A stretch of DNA of 64,000 nucleotides, taken from NCBI GenBank assembly GCA_965204745.1, contig OZ242010.1, positions 5,152,001-5,216,000 on the forward strand. Reading direction: 5' to 3'. A program made the position numbers and the translations under genes. Shown here piece by piece: positions 37,755 through 46,880 of this stretch (its first letter is position 1; each line of letters begins with the position of its first letter). The notes beneath the pieces were generated by a model. It made no database searches. It saw only the letters and a list, made by a program, of their open reading frames with translations, and was not told where the DNA came from. The stretch is from Candidatus Latescibacterota bacterium. GTDB taxonomy: Bacteria > Latescibacterota > UBA2968.

Positions 37755-39293
37755 CTATTGCTCTTTTTTTAGAAGACGCATGCCAGCGTTCTTCATTTGC
37801 CACAGAGTAATCAACCAGACCACAACCATAATAATCGCTGTGATTACCCAAATGCCCGCTATCGTAATTATACGCTCATCATTGCTGTTTATCACCGCTA
37901 GTAGTATTGCCGATAGTAGTATTGCCAACCACGGCAAGCAACAGAATGACAAACTGAAAAATGTACTGATCTTTGGATCTGTGATCTCGGCATTGAGGGC
38001 TTTGGCGAGACCGTGAATTGCAACGAAGTACCAGTAGAAATTGAATAATGGAATAAAGAGAAAGCCAATGGCTTTGCCTGGGGTTGTCCTCGCTTTGTCG
38101 GCGGGGATGAGCGACCACAATTTGTGCAGAACGAGGCAACCGAACACGTCAGCAATGATCACGGCTATGGTGTCCAACGCCAACGACCCTGAGATAAGCG
38201 GCAGGGGTACCGTAGCAACAAGGAAAATCCAGTGGGTACTGAACCACGTTTGCAAACGCTTCGCGTCGTCGACTTTGGGGGCTGAAGGAGGGCGATTGGG
38301 CAATTCGTCAATGGTCCTTTCATTTTTGAAATGCCCTTGCGGCAGTGCCGAATCCACCGCCAACTCGGCGTGCCATTCGGACGCCGCCGAGGAGCCGCTT
38401 GGGGAGGAGATTGAAGCGGTGTCGGTCAACGCATCGCGCCATTCGGACACACTTTGCGGCCGGGCATCCTCATCTACTTGTAGCGCGTGATCGATAGCGG
38501 CGAGAAAATGTTGGCTCGCACGGCCCTTGCACCGATCCGAAACTGGAATCAGCGGATCGCGGCGCACCCTATCCGTTGCATCAGCGGGCACCTCATCCGT
38601 CAACGCGCGATAGCACACCCCGGCCAATGCGTAAATATCCGTCCAAGGCCCTTGATTCCCGCGGGTCGAATACTGCTCTATCGGCGCGTATCCCGGCGTC
38701 ACAATGGAGGTCACAGAACGGCTCTTCGCACCCACCGCTTGACGCGCCGCGCCAAAGTCGATCAACACGGGCGAGCGATCCTCGGCGCGAATGACGATGT
38801 TGCCAGGTTTGATGTCCCGATGCAAAAAATCCGCACGATGCACCGCCGCCAAGCCGTCGAGAATCGGATGCAGAATCGCCTTGAGCTCCGACTCGGTCAA
38901 GATGCCCTTGCGGTTGAGATACGCGGACAGGGTCTCGCCCTCGGCGTATTCCATCACGATATACGCCGTGTTGTGCGCTTGAAAAAAATGATGCACGCGC
39001 ACGATATTTGGATGCTGAAACCGCGCCAAAATTCGGGCTTCATCTACAAATCGATCCAGCCCCCACTGAAAGTCCGCTACAACTTGAGACGACTGCGGCA
39101 CCACGGACAGATCGCTTTCGCGGATCGCGAGATCAGCGGGCAGATACTCCTTGATCGCCACGGGAATATCCAGCGCGTGATTCCAGCCGAGGTAGGTAAT
39201 GCCAAACCCGCCGTGCCCGAGGACGCGGTGAAACTCAAAATCCCCAATGCGCGTGCCCTGCGGCAAGGCCAATCTGTGTTGTGCTTCGTCCAT
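37755..39293 (-). CDS. Hanks-type Ser/Thr kinase with multi-TM C-terminal module
   Basis: 'LGHGGFG', 'HRDIKPGN', 'DFG', 'GYAPIEQ'; C-terminal hydrophobic helices with 'TPGKAIGFLFIPLFNFYW'. Confidence 0.92.
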   Translation of the reverse strand: MDEAQHRLALPQGTRIGDFEFHRVLGHGGFGITYLGWNHALDIPVAIKEYLPADLAIRESDLSVVPQSSQVVADFQWGLDRFVDEARILARFQHPNIVRVHHFFQAHNTAYIVMEYAEGETLSAYLNRKGILTESELKAILHPILDGLAAVHRADFLHRDIKPGNIVIRAEDRSPVLIDFGAARQAVGAKSRSVTSIVTPGYAPIEQYSTRGNQGPWTDIYALAGVCYRALTDEVPADATDRVRRDPLIPVSDRCKGRASQHFLAAIDHALQVDEDARPQSVSEWRDALTDTASISSPSGSSAASEWHAELAVDSALPQGHFKNERTIDELPNRPPSAPKVDDAKRLQTWFSTHWIFLVATVPLPLISGSLALDTIAVIIADVFGCLVLHKLWSLIPADKARTTPGKAIGFLFIPLFNFYWYFVAIHGLAKALNAEITDPKISTFFSLSFCCLPWLAILLSAILLAVINSNDERIITIAGIWVITAIIMVVVWLITLWQMKNAGMRLLKKEQ

Positions 39294-39331
39294 GGCGTCC
39301 CTCCGATATTATGGTACCTATCCCCTTGTTC

Positions 39332-39387
39332 AGTGATCCGCAACCACCGGCCCACTCGTATCAAAAAAGCGCGTAGCGATATTCCTT
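39332..39387 (-). pseudogene. Degenerate stub of the 5' end of the AAA gene at 27956
   Basis: Matches 27911-27970 with ATG to ACG, a 3-nt deletion and an immediate TGA. Confidence 0.75.
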
Positions 39388-39471
39388 GTCCGAGCGCGGA
39401 AAATAAAAGAAAGAGACAAGGGGAGCAGGGCTTGCTTGAAGGATGGCCGCAAGGGCTGTTTTAATGGGTTG

Positions 39472-39691
39472 GGGACCTATCCCCCCGGCCCCCTTTCCTA
39501 CAAGGAAAGGGGGAGCATAGCTTGCTTGAGTGATGGATCAAGGGCTGTTTTAATGGCTTTGAGCGAGGGCGTTATGCGATTAAAACCCGTCACATTCCCT
39601 CTCGCAAAACCCATCTGCGTTCTCCCTTCCTCGCAGGCACAGGCGTAGCCTACAACGAGTGAAACGAGTAACGGGGGTAGGGGGTAGGTCC
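39472..39691. mobile_element. MITE-like repeat, copy D
   Basis: gggacctatccccccggcccc...gggggtagggggtaggtcc; core as in copies A-C. Confidence 0.75.
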
Positions 39692-39795
39692 TGATAATGT
39701 TAAAAAGGAACGGGGAGCAGGGGTTTCTTAAAGGGTGATCGCATTGGCTATTTTGATGGCTTTGGATGAGTGCTCGACAGCCGCATGGGTATATA

Positions 39796-41124
39796 TCATT
39801 GGGGGCGACGCGCGGCATCCTCGGCGATGTTGTATCCGCCTTCTCCTGTGCGGCGGTAACGCTCGATCATTCGTTCGCGCTCTTCCGTCGGCTGTGCATC
39901 GTAAACGCGCCAGACGTGATCTATCTCTTCAAAAGGGATTTCAAAATCGAGTTCCGCCGCGTAGCGGTGCATCCGTTCCAAGGTGGTCAGCGCGTATTTC
40001 CAGTTGACAAGAGGCTTTAAGAGAAGCACTGCCCGCCGTTGCAACGATAGCTGGGCAAGGGGATGAATGCGAGCAGTCCACTGTTCGTTGGGGCGATGCT
40101 CAACGCCGATGGCCGAAATCGCGATATCGGATAGCCCAAGTCGAGCGTCGAGGGTCGGCGGTCCAATTTCGTGTGGGACTTCTACAACGCGATCTCGGAT
40201 CTGGAACGCATCGGCGAAGGGAGGTGCCGGAAGATGGCGGGATCCCTTGAGGTCCAGCGTCTCGATTAGGGCTTTGCGGTCTTGGTCTGAGGGCGCCCAG
40301 AGATCTAGATCCTTCGGAGGCTGTCCCGTTAGCAAAGTCTTGAATGCACCGCCGGCGAGAAAAAACCTGGCACCAGTGTCAAAACCGATAGTCGCGGCAA
40401 CTTCACGGCGTGCGAACTCAATCACGTCGGACTCTTCAAGTGGGCAAAGAGGATCCAAATCATGGCGAACCGCCTCAAAGTCACGGTAGGCTGTATTCAA
40501 TCCGTCTTCTTCGCGCCAGAAAAACGCGCCCTCAAGGTACCAGGGCCAGTCATTCTTCCCAAGAGGTTGCTTCAACAGCCGCGCTGCCGTTACAGTCACC
40601 AACGAGTCGTGCGTGACAAACACATGAATCCCGGGAATATCGTTCGCTACGGCGAACATGTGTTGTACGAGAAACCGCGCCGCTTCGTCGGGCCGCGACA
40701 ACCCTGGCAACGGGTCAGCCCCCGACACCAGACGCGCCATGACATCTTCATGGTCGCGTTCGGTCCAGATGCATTCGGCACGCTTACTATCGAGGACATA
40801 AATGCCCGGATCGCCGAGTAATTGGTCGGGCACTATGCGGCAGTTGCCCCCAGAACCATCCCGCAGAACTTCGGCGGTCTGAACACACCTAATGAGGGGA
40901 CTCGCGTGAAGCGTACGCAATCTGTCGCCGATCAGGGTGCCGAACTTGCGTCCAAGCCTTCGTCCAATATTGTTAATCGGAAGAGTATAACCCACCATAT
41001 CCCCGGGCGGAAGAGGGTCGCGGACCGAGTGGCGGAGCAAAAAGACCACCGGGCGATTGCGAGGCACCCGTTTGAGAATCGGAGGTATCCAAGACGGGAT
41101 TTGATAACAGATGGTATCGTTCAT
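39796..41124 (-). CDS. Histidine phosphatase family domain fused to a nucleotidyltransferase-like domain
   Basis: 'LLRHS', 'SPLIRCVQTA', 'VTHDS'; C-terminal 'LAGGAFKTLL...KDLDLW'. Confidence 0.8.
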   Translation of the reverse strand: MNDTICYQIPSWIPPILKRVPRNRPVVFLLRHSVRDPLPPGDMVGYTLPINNIGRRLGRKFGTLIGDRLRTLHASPLIRCVQTAEVLRDGSGGNCRIVPDQLLGDPGIYVLDSKRAECIWTERDHEDVMARLVSGADPLPGLSRPDEAARFLVQHMFAVANDIPGIHVFVTHDSLVTVTAARLLKQPLGKNDWPWYLEGAFFWREEDGLNTAYRDFEAVRHDLDPLCPLEESDVIEFARREVAATIGFDTGARFFLAGGAFKTLLTGQPPKDLDLWAPSDQDRKALIETLDLKGSRHLPAPPFADAFQIRDRVVEVPHEIGPPTLDARLGLSDIAISAIGVEHRPNEQWTARIHPLAQLSLQRRAVLLLKPLVNWKYALTTLERMHRYAAELDFEIPFEEIDHVWRVYDAQPTEERERMIERYRRTGEGGYNIAEDAARRPQ

Positions 41125-42785
41125 TGCGCCACCCCCACCAACACCGAGACGAGCGATTCCAGAGTTTGAACCTCTTTTATTTTGAAATCCGCGTTATTGA
41201 GCAAGTGCCCGTATTCTGCGGTCGTGCGTTCCTTCCCCCCGCTTGTCATGAGCAGATGCAGGCTACACAACGCGCCCGCGATGCCAGTCTTGGGAATCAA
41301 CATCTCGACGATGTAGATGTGCCCCCCGCGGGGCAGGGCTGCCCGGGCGTTTTGCAGTATCCGGATCGCCTTTGCATCTGCCCAATCGTGAAGGACGCGG
41401 GCGAGTACAACCGCATCGGCCTCAATGCCCCACGGCTCAAATAGATCGCCCGCATACCATGCGAGCCGTTCGCGTTTTCCTTGCTCCTGAATTGCCCGAG
41501 CGATCACCTCGGGGCGGTCGAGGACGGTCACCTGGAGATGGGGATGTGCGTCGAGCATGAGATTTGCCAACACACCCAACCCACCGCCGGCATCAATAAC
41601 GCGCTCGCGCCCCTGAAGACCCAATGCGCTCGTCACACTTGAATAGTCGTGCCGAGCGTAACTTTGCAACATTCGATGATGCCCTTCGCAACGCTGTTCA
41701 TCGCGGGCGACTTCGGCGAAAACATCGGGTGCGTTCTCGTTGCCGTGCAGGGCTTGCGGAAGCGAAGCCCACATTTCCGAAAACGGCCCTGCGTATTCAA
41801 GGGCTGCATCTGCCAATGTGAGCGGATGCTCCATACAGAGAAATTCTCCGCGGGCGGTCAGGTGCCAAATGCCTTCCCGCATCGAGACGAGGGATAACTC
41901 TCCCAGTGCCCGCAGAAGTCGTTGGACAGCACCGATCCGCAATTTGCACTTGTGCGCGACCTCGACAGTGCTCGCGGGGAGTAACTCAATGACGCCGAGT
42001 TTGACTGCGGCGGCGATGGTTTGCGTTCGCCAAAAGCCGACCATGTCCCCAGAGAGTACTGCGAACTCGGAGCGACGGGGTGAACGGAGCGCGACCATGG
42101 ACTCGCCCATCTCGTCGATGACCTCGAATGCCCCGTCGAATCGCTCCACGCGGGCTTGACCGTTGTAGAAGGGTTCCACCGTTGCGAAACGGCGCGAATA
42201 GATGGGGGTGCCGGTGCGATTGACATGTGCCCAACCTGCTTCATCCCGGGCGCGTGCAAAACCTTTGTGGAATACATCGAGATCTGAGAACCATTGACCG
42301 TGTATTTGTCGACCATCCGCGTCGATATGCGTAGATCGGCCATCTTTGGCCTGAATAACGGCGATGCCGTCGCGGTAATCGCCAGCATAACGCCACCGCG
42401 CCTGATAAACCGGAATGCCGTCGTATGCGATGTGAAAGTACGAATTGTCGTTATCGCGTACCGCACATCGTCCTTCTTGAAAGTTGCCGCACCAAGCGTA
42501 TCGCTGTGGGTACGCATCTTTGCCGGATGGCTGAATATGGTGCCAGCCATCTTTGCCAATAACAGCAGCACGGTTTTCGTAGAAGCCAAACGTTCGCCGA
42601 AAATGCCGTTTATAGGCCGGTCTGCCATCCGGCCCGATGTGCCATGCCTTTGATCCTCGGAGGACTGGTGCCAACCCCGGTGCGCGAAACTTCAGGACTT
42701 CGTCAAATCGTTCTTCATAAGCGGGAATGCCGTTAATGACGTGATGGGAGCCTTCCGGTGCGATGTCCAAAAATTCAGGATTCAT
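41121..42785 (-). CDS. WG-repeat-like domain + SAM-dependent O-methyltransferase (Methyltransf_2-like)
   Basis: Repeats 'FYENRAAV...GWHHI', 'FQEGRCAV', 'FHKGFARA...GWAHV'; 'IDAGGGLG', 'GDLF', 'RVLHDW', 'GGKERT'. Confidence 0.85.
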   Translation of the reverse strand: MNPEFLDIAPEGSHHVINGIPAYEERFDEVLKFRAPGLAPVLRGSKAWHIGPDGRPAYKRHFRRTFGFYENRAAVIGKDGWHHIQPSGKDAYPQRYAWCGNFQEGRCAVRDNDNSYFHIAYDGIPVYQARWRYAGDYRDGIAVIQAKDGRSTHIDADGRQIHGQWFSDLDVFHKGFARARDEAGWAHVNRTGTPIYSRRFATVEPFYNGQARVERFDGAFEVIDEMGESMVALRSPRRSEFAVLSGDMVGFWRTQTIAAAVKLGVIELLPASTVEVAHKCKLRIGAVQRLLRALGELSLVSMREGIWHLTARGEFLCMEHPLTLADAALEYAGPFSEMWASLPQALHGNENAPDVFAEVARDEQRCEGHHRMLQSYARHDYSSVTSALGLQGRERVIDAGGGLGVLANLMLDAHPHLQVTVLDRPEVIARAIQEQGKRERLAWYAGDLFEPWGIEADAVVLARVLHDWADAKAIRILQNARAALPRGGHIYIVEMLIPKTGIAGALCSLHLLMTSGGKERTTAEYGHLLNNADFKIKEVQTLESLVSVLVGVAQ

Positions 42786-45133
42786 GAGGTTCCTCCCACG
42801 GGTTTACGCATGTTGCAACCCAGGCAAAGGGAGCGGTTGCGGTATGTTGCCATGAGTTCTCGGTACGCGTCGCCGTTCCATATTTCCATCAATCCTCGCT
42901 CGTGCAGATTGCCAAATTCGCCCAGGGTGCGGCGTTGGGCATCCGGCGCGCAACACGGGTCAAAGCGGCCCATCGCACTCACCCATACCTCTTGACCCAA
43001 AAATGGACACTGCCCGCCGGGGGCGAGATCGTCAACCGCATCTTCATCGAGTGGGAAAATGTTCTCGAGCAAAATGTACTGTCCATTCGGAAGCGTCCGT
43101 TCCACGGCCGCCTCGCGCGCTTTGAAAACCGCCTCATTCCATCGGCGAATGGCTGAGGGGTCGCGGCGCATGGATTGCTTTTTGATTTCGTCGAAGTGGA
43201 CCCACAGGTGGTGCCCTTTCACGCGGTCCACGCCAAGGTCAATGGCGAGTCTCACCGTGTCGGCGAGTTCCCCTACATTGGCTTCGAGAAAAGTTAGTTG
43301 AAAGGTGACGCGACAGCGATTGCCACCGTGGGCCGCGTGTGCGTCTCTCACTGCGATGAATGTCCGTGCGTTTTCCAGCACCTTTTCCCAGTTGGCACCG
43401 ATCATGATGGTCTCCTGCGTCTCTTTCGTCGATCCATTCCAAGAGATTTTGACATCTGACGTCACGGGTACAATTTGCTCTGCCCATTTGCGTGCGCCAA
43501 GGCGCGGGAAGGTGCCGTTGGTCGTGAGGTTGAGCCTAACACCGTAGCGTTTACAAAGATCGAGAATGTCCTCGAATTGATCGTAGAGCAACGGTTCGCC
43601 CATCGTTGACGGAATGATCTCCTCAAGCCCGTGCGGTGCCGCATCTGCGACAACCCGCTCGATCATCTCGAAGGACATCAGCCGCCTAGGCCGGCCTTCG
43701 GTTCTTCTCAAGTCTTGAAGTGGGCTGTGCGGCGAGTGCTCCTCGCACATGATACAGCGCAGATTGCAAGTGTCCGGGTTTGTGTCGAAAGTGATCCGCC
43801 ACGGCCCTTTTCGTCGCTGAAGGCGTGCGGTATCTCGCCGTTTCATCACTTGGTCGTAAAGTGCCTCAATCCGACGAACGTGTGTCTCTATCGCCGGTAC
43901 ATCTCCGGTTGCGCTGGACAGATAGCCCCTCGCGCCGAGTTTGGCGGCGAGTTCGGGCGCATCGACGAATCGTTGCATTTGTTCGGCGAGTGAAGCGGAT
44001 GAGCGATGTTCAAACAGGAGGCCGTTGATCTCGTGATGGACATACTCGCCCATGCCGCCTGCATTGGCGGTGATAACCGGCACGCGGGCCTGTTGCGCCT
44101 CGTGGATGACCAGCGGTGAATTTTCCACCCAAACCGAAGGCACGACGATGGCGTCGCAACGATCAAAAACATCGCGCACAATATTCCAATTTTTGTACTC
44201 GGGCATCCATTCAATGCGCCTGGTCGCGTGTTCTGGCAACGAATTTGCCATCTCTTTTAGCGCGACGGTGTCCTGCCCGCTCGGCCGTCCCCAAATACGC
44301 AAACGCGCATCTCCGCCAATGGTGCTGAACGCCCGAATGAGATCGTGAATACCTTTGGCCGGAATGTGCGTCCCAATGTAGCCAAAGGTAAACGGTTCGC
44401 ACGGAGCTCGGTTGCGGCCCATCATTCGTTTTTGATCGAAACCGTAGTCGAGATAAACGAGTTTGCGTTCGGGCAAACCGAAAGCGTCTCGGTAACGGTC
44501 GTGGAGATAGCGGGCCGGCGCGATAAAAAGATCGATCAACTCGGCCATTTCACGCACATGTTGCATGCGCCGCCCGACCCAGTCGGTCCAGTAGGTGACA
44601 TCGGCCTCGTATTCGTCGGGGGCACCGCTGAAGTAACGGGCATAGCAACGCTCGGCGCACTTGCGATCATCTTGTCCGTCGCAAGCGGCCCAGAGATTGT
44701 TTGGATCTTCGGGAAACATCTGCATAAACTGACCGCGGGGGCACATCAGCCAGTAGTCGTGCAGGGTATAGATGATCGGCACTTCCCGGCGTGCCACTTC
44801 TCGCACCAGCGAGGTCGAGAGGTGGTTGAGATGACCGATATGCACCAGATGCGGTTGCAACCGATCCAGCACTTCGGCAAAGCATTGGTCAACCCCAACG
44901 GCTCGATATCGATCCTTGAAACGGGGATTGTTGACAACATGGAGCGCGACCCGCGGATCTTCGGTATCTCGTTCCACGCGCAAGCGAAAATCCGGCGCAA
45001 AGGGATCTTCTTCACGGGTGAAGACATGCACCTCGTGGCGATTGGCGAGCCCTTGGCACAACATCTGGCTGTACACCTCTGACCCGGCGTTGTAGCGCAT
45101 GGGGTAACCATGAATGACTTTCAGAATTTTCAC
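42782..45133 (-). CDS. GT4 glycosyltransferase fused to a radical SAM domain with SPASM/twitch-like C-terminus
   Basis: GTG after AGGAGG; 'TLHDYWLMCPR', 'PSVWVENSPLVIHEA'; 'CNLRCIMC' CxxxCxxC, 'GEPLL', 'TTNG', C-terminal 'CPF...PCC...CLGC'. Confidence 0.9.
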   Translation of the reverse strand: MKILKVIHGYPMRYNAGSEVYSQMLCQGLANRHEVHVFTREEDPFAPDFRLRVERDTEDPRVALHVVNNPRFKDRYRAVGVDQCFAEVLDRLQPHLVHIGHLNHLSTSLVREVARREVPIIYTLHDYWLMCPRGQFMQMFPEDPNNLWAACDGQDDRKCAERCYARYFSGAPDEYEADVTYWTDWVGRRMQHVREMAELIDLFIAPARYLHDRYRDAFGLPERKLVYLDYGFDQKRMMGRNRAPCEPFTFGYIGTHIPAKGIHDLIRAFSTIGGDARLRIWGRPSGQDTVALKEMANSLPEHATRRIEWMPEYKNWNIVRDVFDRCDAIVVPSVWVENSPLVIHEAQQARVPVITANAGGMGEYVHHEINGLLFEHRSSASLAEQMQRFVDAPELAAKLGARGYLSSATGDVPAIETHVRRIEALYDQVMKRRDTARLQRRKGPWRITFDTNPDTCNLRCIMCEEHSPHSPLQDLRRTEGRPRRLMSFEMIERVVADAAPHGLEEIIPSTMGEPLLYDQFEDILDLCKRYGVRLNLTTNGTFPRLGARKWAEQIVPVTSDVKISWNGSTKETQETIMIGANWEKVLENARTFIAVRDAHAAHGGNRCRVTFQLTFLEANVGELADTVRLAIDLGVDRVKGHHLWVHFDEIKKQSMRRDPSAIRRWNEAVFKAREAAVERTLPNGQYILLENIFPLDEDAVDDLAPGGQCPFLGQEVWVSAMGRFDPCCAPDAQRRTLGEFGNLHERGLMEIWNGDAYRELMATYRNRSLCLGCNMRKPVGGTS

Positions 45134-45161
45134 AGCGATCTCCTCCTTTGTATTTCGCGCA

Positions 45162-46154
45162 TCATATCGCCACATCCACGCTTTTGCCGGACGCGCCTGA
45201 GATGCGGGCCGCGTGCAAGACCTGCATCACGCGCAAGCCGTGTTCCGCGGTGATGATCAAGTCTTCGCCCTCGCGCAGGTGCCGGGCGATGTTCACGTGC
45301 AGATTTTCCCGCGGCACGGCCTCCGTGCGAACATCCCGTCCGTTTTCACTGTAGATGGTGACTTCGCCCGCGCCGCCACGTCCGCACACGAGCGTGGCTT
45401 CTGTGCCGAGAACGATCCACTTGTACGGCAGTGCGTAATGGGAAATATCGGCCTTGGCCGCGCGGGCGCGCACCCCATTGTCAAAGACCATGACGATATC
45501 GAACAAATCGTCGGCATCCCCCCATTTGGTATGCCGCACATCGGCAAAGACCGAGACGATGCGATGCCCCGCCATCAAGTCGATCACCTGCTCGACCCAG
45601 TGCGGCCCAAAATCCAGCAAAGTGCCTCCGCCCGCGGCCGCGGTCACGCGCCATTGTCGGTCGTAGTCCGCGATGCCGAACCCCACGGCCGGGCGCGCGC
45701 CCAGCGTGCGATTTTCAATGGCGACGACCTCGCCAACGGCCCCGTCCAAAACCGCGCGCTTCACCAGACAATAATCCCGGTCAAAGTGCCGGTTGTGGTG
45801 CAGCGTCAGCATCACGCCATTGTCCTTTGCCGCCTGCACCATCTCCTCGGCCTGGGGCCCGGTCAGTGCCATGGGCTTTTCGATCAGCATGTGCTTTTTC
45901 GCCGCGGCCACCTTGAGCGCGTCTGCATAGTGCGCTGCCGAATGCGTGGCGATCAACACCAATTCGATGTCCCAAGTCAAAAACGCGTCGAGGTCATCGG
46001 TCGCGCGCAGGCCCTCGCCCATCGCCGCGTCTCGTCTGGACGCCGTAATATCGCACACCCCCACCACCTCGTACACCCCGGTCTCGCGCATGATTCGCAG
46101 ATGGTTGCCGGCCACGCGCCCAAATCCAATTATGCCCGCTTTGATTTTTTTCAT
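45162..46154 (-). CDS. Gfo/Idh/MocA family oxidoreductase
   Basis: 'GIIGFGRV', 'HMLIEKP', 'DFGPH'. Confidence 0.9.
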   Translation of the reverse strand: MKKIKAGIIGFGRVAGNHLRIMRETGVYEVVGVCDITASRRDAAMGEGLRATDDLDAFLTWDIELVLIATHSAAHYADALKVAAAKKHMLIEKPMALTGPQAEEMVQAAKDNGVMLTLHHNRHFDRDYCLVKRAVLDGAVGEVVAIENRTLGARPAVGFGIADYDRQWRVTAAAGGGTLLDFGPHWVEQVIDLMAGHRIVSVFADVRHTKWGDADDLFDIVMVFDNGVRARAAKADISHYALPYKWIVLGTEATLVCGRGGAGEVTIYSENGRDVRTEAVPRENLHVNIARHLREGEDLIITAEHGLRVMQVLHAARISGASGKSVDVAI

Positions 46155-46880
46155 TTATTTTTCCTCGTCGTCTCCGTATTCCTCGCCGCGATAGGCCGCC
46201 CGCACTTGGGCTATCGTGGTCGCCTTTTTCACCCGCGCTTGCAGGGCCTCTTCCGTTGCGATCAACAGGTTGACATTCGCCAGCACCTCGGCCATTCGAT
46301 TCGCCGGAAACTTGACCGCGCCATTTTCATCCATGTGGATGATCTCCCCGGGCGCGACATCCATGCCGCAAATCGACACCGGCACGTTCACCGCTTGCAC
46401 GGCCTGATCCCCGTGCCCGGGGGAGATGCCGGTCAACAAATACTGAAATCCCATCGGCCGGATTTCGTCAATGTCCCGCGATGGCCCGTTCGACACGCAA
46501 CCTATGCAGCCCAACGCCTGCATCGTGGTCGTCATATTGCCGCCCGCAAGCCCGACCTTGCCCGCAATCTCGGCCGGGAACTTCTGCTCCAGCGCGAGGA
46601 TAGTAGGCTTTGGCGACGCGTCCAATGCCTCGGCCACGTCCATGAACGACAACCGCTTAAACCCCGCGTCTGGCAAGCCAAACGCACACGTCACCGCGTA
46701 CCCGCACCGCGCGCCGAGTTCCGGATACATGCACTTGATCGTCTGATCCGTGTACCAATTCTCGGTCCAGGGATTGTAAAGCCCCAAACACAGCGGATTA
46801 TTCGGATACGTCGCCACCACATTGGTGATGGATGGCGTATCGAATTTCTCCAACGCCTTCAAAATTTCCCGATCCGTCAT
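46155..46880 (-). CDS. RraA-like / HMG aldolase family protein
   Basis: 'DTPSITN', 'GGNMT', 'GPSRDIDEI', 'PGEIIHMDENG'. Confidence 0.85.
   Translation of the reverse strand: MTDREILKALEKFDTPSITNVVATYPNNPLCLGLYNPWTENWYTDQTIKCMYPELGARCGYAVTCAFGLPDAGFKRLSFMDVAEALDASPKPTILALEQKFPAEIAGKVGLAGGNMTTTMQALGCIGCVSNGPSRDIDEIRPMGFQYLLTGISPGHGDQAVQAVNVPVSICGMDVAPGEIIHMDENGAVKFPANRMAEVLANVNLLIATEEALQARVKKATTIAQVRAAYRGEEYGDDEEK

Noticed and set aside
30489-39293. T6SS PpkA/PppA/Fha module or TerY-P triad
   Set aside because: No T6SS structural genes in the window; the VWA protein is membrane-anchored with a coiled coil and linked to ExbB-like and trypsin genes, unlike soluble TerY.
42782-43810. Prokaryotic viperin or RiPP maturase
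   Set aside because: The domain is fused to GT4 and has a Cys-rich auxiliary C-terminus; I recognise no viperin-specific motifs and see no precursor peptide or RRE.
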